From: Auanema rhodensis
Taxonomy: Eukaryota > Animalia > Nematoda
Assembly (NCBI GenBank): GCA_964057225.1
Contig: OZ059894.1
Coordinates: 2,604,001-2,668,000 of the forward strand
Length of the DNA: 64,000 nt
Reading direction: 5' to 3'
Positions 54,201 through 64,000 of this stretch are shown here, piece after piece. The stretch's first letter is position 1, and the number at the start of each line of letters is the position of its first letter. The notes below the pieces were generated by a model. That model had not been told where the DNA came from. It saw only the letters and a list, made by a program, of their open reading frames with translations, and searched no databases. The position numbers and the translations under genes were made by a program.

Positions 54201-57200
54201 AAAATTTTTTCGAAAAATTTCAGAATAATTTAGCAAAAAGTAGATGTTTTTAGATTCCTTTTTTCAAGGCAAAGACGATGGACATTGTTATTCAACGAAA
54301 AAATTATTTCTTCAGGGTGAAAATCGAGGATATAAGTGTGAACATATATCAGTTGATATCTCGGTGCATTTTTAAGCTAGCGCAAATCTGATAACACAGA
54401 CCGACGCAGCTTAAAAATCCGCATCGAATGCACTATACCACATTGAGAAACGCTCAATACAAAAATTAGTTATGATCGTTTGAAAAATGATGCATTAGTG
54501 TATGTTGAGTTTCCATGTACACTCAACATTGCTTCCAAAAACATTTTGACAAAAATTTTTTCGAAAAATTTCAAAATAATTTAGCAAAAAGTAGATGTTT
54601 TTAGATTCCTTTTTTCAAGGCGAAGACGATGGACATTGTTATTCAACGAAAAAATTAATTCTTCAGGGTGAAAATCGAGGATATAAGTGTGAACTTATAT
54701 CAGTTGATATCTCGGTGCATTTTTAAGCTAGCGCAAATCTGATAACACAGATCGACGCAGCTTACAAATCCGCATCGAATGCACTATACTACATTGAAAA
54801 ACGCCTAATACAAAAATTAGTTATGATCGTTTGAAAAATGATGCATTAGTGTATGTTGAGTTTCCATGTACACTCAACATTGCTTCCAAAAACATTTTGA
54901 CAAAAATTTTTTCGAAAAATTTCAAAATAATTTAGCGAAAAGTAGATGTTTTTAGATTCCTTTTTTCAAGGCAAAGACGATGGACATTGTTATTCAACGA
55001 AAAAATTAATTCTTCAGGGTGAAAATCGAGGATATAAGTGTGAACATATATCAGTTGATATCTCGGTGCATTTTTAAGCTAGCGCAAATCTGATAACACA
55101 GATCGACGCAGCTTACAAATCCGCATCGAATGCACTATACTACATTGAAAAACGCCTAATACAAAAATTAGTTATGATTGTTTGAAAAATGATGCATTAG
55201 TGTATGTTGAGTTTCCATGTACACTCAACATTGCTTCCAAAAACATTTTGACAAAAATTTTTTCGAAAAATTTCAAAATAATTTAGCGAAAAGTAGATGT
55301 TTTTAGATTCCTTTTTTCAAGGCAAAGACGATGGACATTGTTATTCAACGAAAAAATTAATTCTTCAGGGTGAAAATCGAGGATATAAGTGTGAACATAT
55401 ATCAGTTGATATCTCGGTGCATTTTTAAGCTAGCGCAAATCTGATAACACAGATCGACGCAGCTTAAAAATCCGCATCGAATGCACTATACTACATTGAG
55501 AAACGCTTAATACAAAAATTAGTTATGATCGTTTGAAAAATGATGCATTAGTGTATGTTGAGTTTCCATGTACACTCAACATTGCTTCCAAAAACATTTT
55601 GACAAAAATTTTTTCGAAAAATTTCAAAATAATTTAGCAAAAAGTAGATGTTTTTAGTTTCCTTTTTTCAAGGCAAAGACGATGGACGATGTTATTCAAC
55701 GAAAAAATTATTTCTTCAGGGTGAAAATCGAGGATATAAGTGTGAACTTATATCAGTTGATATCTCGGTGCATTTTTAAGCTAGCGCAAATCTGATAACA
55801 CAGATCGATGCAGCTTAAAAATCCGCATCGAATGCACTATACTACATTGAGAAACGCTTAATACAAAAATTAGTTATGATCGTTTGAAAAATGATGCATT
55901 AGTGTATGTTGAGTTTCCATGTACACTCAACATTGCTTCCAAAAACATTTTGACAAAAATTTTTTCGAAAAATTTCAAAATAATTTAGCAAAAAGTAGAT
56001 GTTTTTAGTTTCCTTTTTTCAAGGCAAAGACGATGGACGATGTTATTCAACGAAAAAATTATTTCTTCAGGGTGAAAATCGAGGATATAAGTGTGAACTT
56101 ATATCAGTTGATATCTCGGTGCATTTTTAAGCTAGCGCAAATCTGATAACACAGATCGATGCAGCTTAAAAATCCGCATCGAATGCACTATACTACATTG
56201 GGAAACGCTTAATACAAAAATTAGTTATGATCGTTTGAAAAATGATGCATTAGTGTATGTTGAGTTTCCATGTACACTCAACATTGCTTCCAAAAACATT
56301 TTGACAAAAATTTTTTCGAAAAATTTCAGAATAATTTAGCAAAAAGTAGATGTTTTTAGATTCCTTTTTTCAAGGCAAAGACGATGGACATTGTTATTCA
56401 ACGAAAAAATTATTTCTTCAGGGTGAAAATCGAGGATATAAGTGTGAACATATATCAGTTGATATCTCGGTGCATTTTTAAGCTAGCGCAAATCTGATAA
56501 CACAGACCGACGCAGCTTAAAAATCCGCATCGAATGCACTATACCACATTGAGAAACGCTCAATACAAAAATTAGTTATGATCGTTTGAAAAATGATGCA
56601 TTAGTGTATGTTGAGTTTCCATGTACACTCAACATTGCTTCCAAAAACATTTTGACAAAAATTTTTTCGAAAAATTTCAAAATAATTTAGCAAAAAGTAG
56701 ATGTTTTTAGATTCCTTTTTTCAAGGCGAAGACGATGGACATTGTTATTCAACGAAAAAATTAATTCTTCAGGGTGAAAATCGAGGATATAAGTGTGAAC
56801 TTATATCAGTTGATATCTCGGTGCATTTTTAAGCTAGCGCAAATCTGATAACACAGATCGACGCAGCTTACAAATCCGCATCGAATGCACTATACTACAT
56901 TGAAAAACGCCTAATACAAAAATTAGTTATGATCGTTTGAAAAATGATGCATTAGTGTATGTTGAGTTTCCATGTACACTCAACATTGCTTCCAAAAACA
57001 TTTTGACAAAAATTTTTTCGAAAAATTTCAAAATAATTTAGCGAAAAGTAGATGTTTTTAGATTCCTTTTTTCAAGGCAAAGACGATGGACATTGTTATT
57101 CAACGAAAAAATTAATTCTTCAGGGTGAAAATCGAGGATATAAGTGTGAACATATATCAGTTGATATCTCGGTGCATTTTTAAGCTAGCGCAAATCTGAT

Positions 57201-57250
57201 AACACAGATCGACGCAGCTTAAAAATCCGCATCGAATGCACTATACTACA
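51300..57250. repeat. 6-mer higher-order repeat (2106 bp), about 2.8 copies
   Basis: TAGTTTCC at 51443, 53549 and 55655; CATTGGG at about 51984, 54090 and 56196; AGACCGACG at about 52292, 54398 and 56504. Confidence 0.92.
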
Positions 57251-58099
57251 TTGAGAAACGCTTAATACAAAAATTAGTTATGATCGTTTGAAAAATGATG
57301 CATTAGTGTATGTTGAGTTTCCATGTACACTCAACATTGCTTCCAAAAACATTTTGACAAAAATTTTTTCGAAAAATTTCAAAATATTTTAGCAAGAAGT
57401 AGATGTTTTTAGATTCCTTTTTTCAAGGCGAAGACGATGGACAATGTTATTCAACGAAAAAATAATTTCTTCAGGGTGAAAATCGAGGATATAAGTGTGA
57501 ACTTATATCAGTTGATATCTCGGTACATTTTCAAGCTAGCGCAAATCTGATAACACAGATCGACGCAGCTTAAAAATCCGCATCAAATGCACTATACTAC
57601 ATTGAGAAACGCTCAATACAAAAATTAGTTATGATCGTTTGAAAAATGATGAATTAGTGTATGTTGAGTTTCCATGTACACTCAACATTGCTTCCAAAAA
57701 CATTTTGACAAAAATTTTTTCGAGAAATTTCAAAATAATTTAGCAAAAAGTAGATGTTTTTAGATTCCTTTTTTCAAGGCGAAGACGATGGACATTGTTA
57801 TTCAACGAAAAAATTAATTCTTCAGGGTGAAAATCGAGGATATAAGTGTGAACTTATATCAGTTGATATCTCGGTGCATTTTTAAGCTAGCGCAAATCTG
57901 ATAACACAGATCGACGCAGCTTAAAAATCCGCATCGAATGCACTATACTACATTGAGAAACGCTAAATACAAAAATTAGTTATGATCGTTTGAAAAATGA
58001 TGAATTAGTGTATGTTGAGTTTCCAAGTACACTCAACATTGCTTCCAAAAACATTTTGACAAAAATTTTTTCGAAAAATTTCAAAATAATTTAGCAAAA

Positions 58100-60880
58100 A
58101 GTAGATGTTTTTAGATTCCTTTTTTTAAGGCAAAGACGATGGACAATGTTATTCAACGAAAAAATTAATTCTTCAGGGTGAAAATCGAGGATATAAGTGT
58201 GAACTTATATCAGTTGATATCTCGGTGCATTTTTAAGCTAGCGCAAATCTGATAACACAGATCGATGCAGCTTAAAAATCCGCATCGAATGCACTATACT
58301 ACATTGAGAAACGCTTAATACAAAAATTAGTTATGATCGTTTGAAAAATGATGCATTAGTGTATGTTGAGTTTCCATGTACACTCAACATTGCTTCCAAA
58401 AACATTTTGACAAAAATTTTTTCGAAAAATTTCAAAATAATTTAGCAAAAAGTAGATGTTTTCAGATTTTTTTTTCAAGGCAAAGACGATGGACAATGTT
58501 ATTCAACGAAAAAATTAATTCTTCAGGGTGATCATCGAGGATATAAGTGTGAACTTATATCAGTTGATATCTCGGTGCATTTTTAAGCTAGCGCAAATCT
58601 GATAACACAGATCGACGCAGCTTAAAAATCCGCATCGAATGCACTATACTACATTGAGAAACGCTCAATACAAAAATTAGTTATGATCGTTTGAAAAATG
58701 ATGCATTAGTGTATGTTGAGTTTCCATGTACACTCAACATTGCTTCCAAAAACATTTTGACAAAAATTTTTTCGAAAAATTTCAAAATAATTTAGCAAAA
58801 AGTAGATGTTTTTAGATTCCTTTTTTCAAGGCAAAGACGATGGACAATGTTATTCAACGAAAAAATTAATTCTTCAGGGTGAAAATCGAGGATATAAGTG
58901 TGAACTTATATCAGTTGATATCTCGGTGCATTTTTAAGCTAGCGCAACTTTGATAACACAGATCGACGCAGCTTAAAAATCCGCATCGAATGCACTATAC
59001 TACATTGAGAAACGCTTAATACAACAATTAGTTATGATCGTTTGAAAAATGATGCATTAGTGTATGTTGAGTTTCCATGTACACTCAACATTGCTTCCAA
59101 AAACATTTTGACAAAAATTTTTTTGAAAAATTTCAAAATAATTTTGCAAAAATTAGATGTTTTCAGATTCTTTTTTTCAAGGCAAAGACGATGGACAATT
59201 TTATTCAACGAAAAATTTAATTCTTCAGGGTGAAAATTGAGGATATAAGTGTGAACTTATATCAGTTGATATCTCGGTGCATTTTTAAGCTAGCGCAAAT
59301 CTGATAACACAGATCGACGCAGCTTAAAAATCCGCATCGAATGCACTATACTACATTGAGAAACGCTCAATACAAAAATTAGTTATGATCGTTTGAAAAA
59401 TGATGAATTAGTGTATGTTGAGTTTCCATGTACACTCAACATTGCTTCCAAAAACATTTTGACAAAAATTTTTTCGAGAAATTTCAAAATAATTTAGCAA
59501 AAAGTAGATGTTTTTAGATTCCTTTTTTTAAGGCAAAGACGATGGACAATGTTATTCAACGAAAAAATTAATTCTTCAGGGTGAAAATCGAGGATATAAG
59601 TGTGAACTTATATCAGTTGATATCTCGGTGCATTTTTAAGCTAGCGCAAATCTGATAACACAGATCGATGCAGCTTAAAAATCCGCATCGAATGCACTAT
59701 ACTACATTGAGAAACGCTTAATACAAAAATTAGTTATGATCGTTTGAAAAATGATGCATTAGTGTATGTTGAGTTTCCATGTACACTCAACATTGCTTCC
59801 AAAAACATTTTGACAAAAATTTTTTCGAAAAATTTCAAAATAATTTAGCAAAAAGTAGATGTTTTCAGATTTTTTTTTCAAGGCAAAGACGATGGACAAT
59901 GTTATTCAACGAAAAAATTAATTCTTCAGGGTGATCATCGAGGATATAAGTGTGAACTTATATCAGTTGATATCTCGGTGCATTTTTAAGCTAGCGCAAA
60001 TCTGATAACACAGATCGACGCAGCTTAAAAATCCGCATCGAATGCACTATACTACATTGAGAAACGCTCAATACAAAAATTAGTTATGATCGTTTGAAAA
60101 ATGATGCATTAGTGTATGTTGAGTTTCCATGTACACTCAACATTGCTTCCAAAAACATTTTGACAAAAATTTTTTCGAAAAATTTCAAAATAATTTAGCA
60201 AAAAGTAGATGTTTTTAGATTCCTTTTTTCAAGGCAAAGACGATGGACAATGTTATTCAACGAAAAAATTAATTCTTCAGGGTGAAAATCGAGGATATAA
60301 GTGTGAACTTATATCAGTTGATATCTCGGTGCATTTTTAAGCTAGCGCAACTTTGATAACACAGATCGACGCAGCTTAAAAATCCGCATCGAATGCACTA
60401 TACTACATTGAGAAACGCTTAATACAACAATTAGTTATGATCGTTTGAAAAATGATGCATTAGTGTATGTTGAGTTTCCATGTACACTCAACATTGCTTC
60501 CAAAAACATTTTGACAAAAATTTTTTTGAAAAATTTCAAAATAATTTTGCAAAAATTAGATGTTTTCAGATTCTTTTTTTCAAGGCAAAGACGATGGACA
60601 ATTTTATTCAACGAAAAATTTAATTCTTCAGGGTGAAAATTGAGGATATAAGTGTGAACTTATATCAGTTGATATCTCGGTGCATTTTTAAGCTAGCGCA
60701 AATCTGATAACACAGATCGACGCAGCTTAAAAATCCGCATCGAATGCACTATACTACATTGAGAAACGCTCAATACAAAAATTAGTTATGATCGTTTGAA
60801 AAATGATGCATTAGTGTATGTTGAGTTTCCATGTACACTCAACATTGCTTCCAAAAACATTTTGACAAAAATTTTTTCGA
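58100..60880. repeat. 4-mer duplication (1403 bp = 4x351 - 1), 2 copies
   Basis: GTGATCATCG at 58528 and 59931. GCAACTTTG and the divergent monomer (ORF starts 59042 and 60445) show the same shift. Confidence 0.9.
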
Positions 60881-63800
60881 AAAATTTCAGAATAATTTAG
60901 CAAAAAGTAGATGTTTTTAGATTCCTTTTTTCAAGGCAAAGACGATGGACAATGTTATTCAACGAAAAAATTAATTCTTCAGGGTGAAAATCGAGGATAT
61001 AAGTGTGAACTTATATCAGTTGATATCTCGGTGCATTTTTAAGCTAGCGCAAATCTGATAACACAGATCGACGCAGCTTAAAAATCCGCATCGAATGCAC
61101 TATACTACATTGAGAAACGCTCAATACAAAAATTAGTTATGATCGTTTGAAAAATGATGCATTAGTGTATGTTGAGTTTCCATGTACACTCAACATTGCT
61201 TCCAAAAACATTTTGACAAAAATTTTTTCGAAAAATTTCAAAATAATTTAGCAAAAAGTAGATGTTTTTAGATTCCTTTTTTCAAGGCAAAGACGATGGA
61301 CAATGTTATTCAACGAAAAAATTAATTCTTCAGGGTGAAAATCGAGGATATAAGTGTGAACTTATATCAGTTGATATCTCGGTGCATTTTTAAGCTAGCG
61401 CAACTCTGATAACACAGATCGACGCAGCTTAAAAATCCGCATCGAATGCACTATACTACATTGAGAAACGCTTAATACAACAATTAGTTATGATCGTTTG
61501 AAAAATGATGCATTAGTGTATGTTGAGTTTCCATGTACACTCAACATTGCTTCCAAAAACATTTTGACAAAAATTTTTTTGAAAAATTTCAAAATAATTT
61601 TGCAAAAATTAGATGTTTTCAGATTCTTTTTTTCAAGGCAAACACGATGGACAATTTTATTCAACGAAAAAATTAATTCTTCAGGGTGAAAATTGAGGAT
61701 ATAAGTGTGAACTTATATCAGTTGATATCTCGGTGCATTTTTAAGCTAGCGCAAATCTGATAACACAGATCGACGCAGCTTAAAAATCCGCATCGAATGC
61801 ACTATACTACATTGAGAAACGCTCAATACAAAAATTAGTTATGATCGTTTGAAAAATGATGCATTAGTGTATGTTGAGTTTCCATGTACACTCAACATTG
61901 CTTCCAAAAACATTTTGACAAAAATTTTTTCGAAAAATTTCAGAATAGTTTAGCAAAAAGTAGATGTTTTTAGATTCCTTTTTTCAAGGCAAAGACGATG
62001 GACATTGTTATTCAACGAAAAAATTATTTCTTCAGGGTGAAAATCGAGGATATAAGTGTGAACATATATCAGTTGATATCTCGGTGCATTTTTAAGCTAG
62101 CGCAAATCTGATAACACAGACCGACGCAGCTTAAAAATCCGCATCGAATGCACTATACCACATTGAGAAACGCTCAATACAAAAATTAGTTATGATCGTT
62201 TGAAAAATGATGCATTAGTGTATGTTGAGTTTCCATGTACACTCAACATTGCTTCCAAAAACATTTTGACAAAAATTTTTTCGAAAAATTTCAAAATAAT
62301 TTAGCAAAAAGTAGATGTTTTTAGATTCCTTTTTTCAAGGCGAAGACGATGGACATTGTTATTCAACGAAAAAATTAATTCTTCAGGGTGAAAATCGAGG
62401 ATATAAGTGTGAACATATATCAGTTGATATCTCGGTGCATTTTTAAGCTAGCGCAAATCTGATAACACAGATCGACGCAGCTTACAAATCCGCATCGAAT
62501 GCACTATACTACATTGAGAAACGCCTAATACAAAAATTAGTTATGATCGTTTGAAAAATGATGCATTAGTGTATGTTGAGTTTCCATGTACACTCAACAT
62601 TGCTTCCAAAAACATTTTGACAAAAATTTTTTCGAAAAATTTCAAAATAATTTAGCGAAAAGTAGATGTTTTTAGATTCCTTTTTTCAAGGCAAAGACGA
62701 TGGACATTGTTATTCAACGAAAAAATTAATTCTTCAGGGTGAAAATCGAGGATATAAGTGTGAACATATATCAGTTGATATCTCGGTGCATTTTTAAGCT
62801 AGCGCAAATCTGATAACACAGATCGACGCAGCTTACAAATCCGCATCGAATGCACTATACTACATTAAGAAACGCCTAATACAAAAATTAGTTATGATCG
62901 TTTGAAAAATGATGCATTAGTGTATGTTGAGTTTCCATGTACACTCAACATTGCTTCCAAAAACATTTTGACAAAAATTTTTTCGAAAAATTTCAAAATA
63001 ATTTAGCAAAAAGTAGATGTTTTTAGATTCCTTTTTTCAAGGCGAAGACGATGGACATTGTTATTCAACGAAAAAATTAATTCTTCAGGGTGAAAATCGA
63101 GGATATAAGTGTGATTTTATATCAGTTGATATCTCGGTGCATTTTTAAGCTAGCGCAAATCTGATAACACAGATCGACGCAGCTTAAAAATCCGCATCGA
63201 ATGCACTATACTACATTGAGAAACGCTTAATACAAAAATTAGTTATGATCGTTTGAAAAATGATGCATTAGTGTATGTTGAGTTTCCATGTACACTCAAC
63301 ATTGCTTCCAAAAACATTTTGACAAAAATTTTTTCGAAAAATTTCAAAATAATTTAGCAGAAAGTAGATGTTTTTAGATTCATTTTGTCAAGGCGAAGAC
63401 GATGGACATTGTTATTCAACGAAAAATTTAATTCTTCAGGGTGAAAATCGAGGATATAAGTGTGAACTTATATCAGTTGATATCTCGGTGCATTTTTAAG
63501 CTAGCGCAAATCTGATAACACAGATCGACGCAGCTTAAAAATCCGCATCGAATGCACTATTCTACTTTGAGAAACGCTCAATACAAAAATTAGTTATGAT
63601 CGTTTGAAAAATGATGCATTAGTGTATGTTGAGTTTCCATGTACACTCAACATTGCTTCCAAAAACATTTTGACAAAAATTTTTTCGGAAAATTTCAAGA
63701 TAATTTAGCAAAAAGTAGATGTTTTTAGATTCCTTTTTTCAAGGCAAAGACGATGGACATTGTTATTCAACGAAAAAATTAATTCTTCAGGGTGAAAATC

Positions 63801-64000
63801 GAGGATATAAGTGTGAACATATATCAGTTGATATCTCGGTGCATTTTTAAGCTAGCGCAAATCTGATAACACAGATCGACGCAGCTTAAAAATCCGCATC
63901 GAATGCACTATACTACATTGAGAAACGCTCAATACAAAAATTAGTTATGATCGTTTGAAAAATGATGCATTAGTGTATGTTGAGTTTCCATGTACACTCA

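Larger units (their letters stand above)
1..64000. repeat. Tandem satellite DNA array, 351-bp monomer, about 182.7 copies, single orientation, running off both window ends
   Basis: TTCAACGAAAAAATTAATTC starts at 1, 352, 7021 (20x351), 21061 and 28081 (80x351). Monomers typically differ from consensus by a few substitutions. 64000 + 107 + 10 = 182x351 + 235, and the window ends at monomer position 235 (TGTACACTCA), as predicted. Confidence 0.99.

Noticed and set aside
50970-61689. Four 63-aa ORFs (MKNDALV..., TTG start)
   Set aside because: A TAG to TTG change in the divergent monomer subtype gives chance read-through. There is no recognisable domain or gene context.
1-64000. Giant repetitive coding sequence (351 = 117 codons)
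   Set aside because: The ORF track shows nothing longer than 75 aa on either strand, and the frames I read contain stops in each monomer.
1-64000. CRISPR-like array (palindromic repeats at regular spacing)
   Set aside because: There are no unique spacers, since the entire unit is repeated, and no cas genes.

Overview
The whole 64 kb window is one uninterrupted, head-to-tail tandem array of an AT-rich 351-bp monomer (about 32% GC by hand count). All copies lie in the same orientation, which makes it satellite DNA, most likely from eukaryotic heterochromatin or a (peri)centromere. The length accounts exactly as 182 periods plus 235 bp once ten 1-bp-shorter (350-bp) monomers and one 107-bp out-of-register junction at about 44,495 are allowed for, so nothing foreign is inserted. 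I see no genes, RNA genes, CRISPR array or transposon. The seven short ORFs are chance read-throughs in two monomer variants. The monomer is built largely from nested inverted repeats and A-tracts. Diagnostic SNPs reveal many local higher-order duplications (3-, 4-, 5-, 6-, 10- and 11-mers) superimposed on a longer recurring order of variants (16-25 kb cycles). One 594-bp duplication has a GAAAA microhomology breakpoint inside a palindrome. I cannot name the satellite family or host, and I found no supportable novel coding system.
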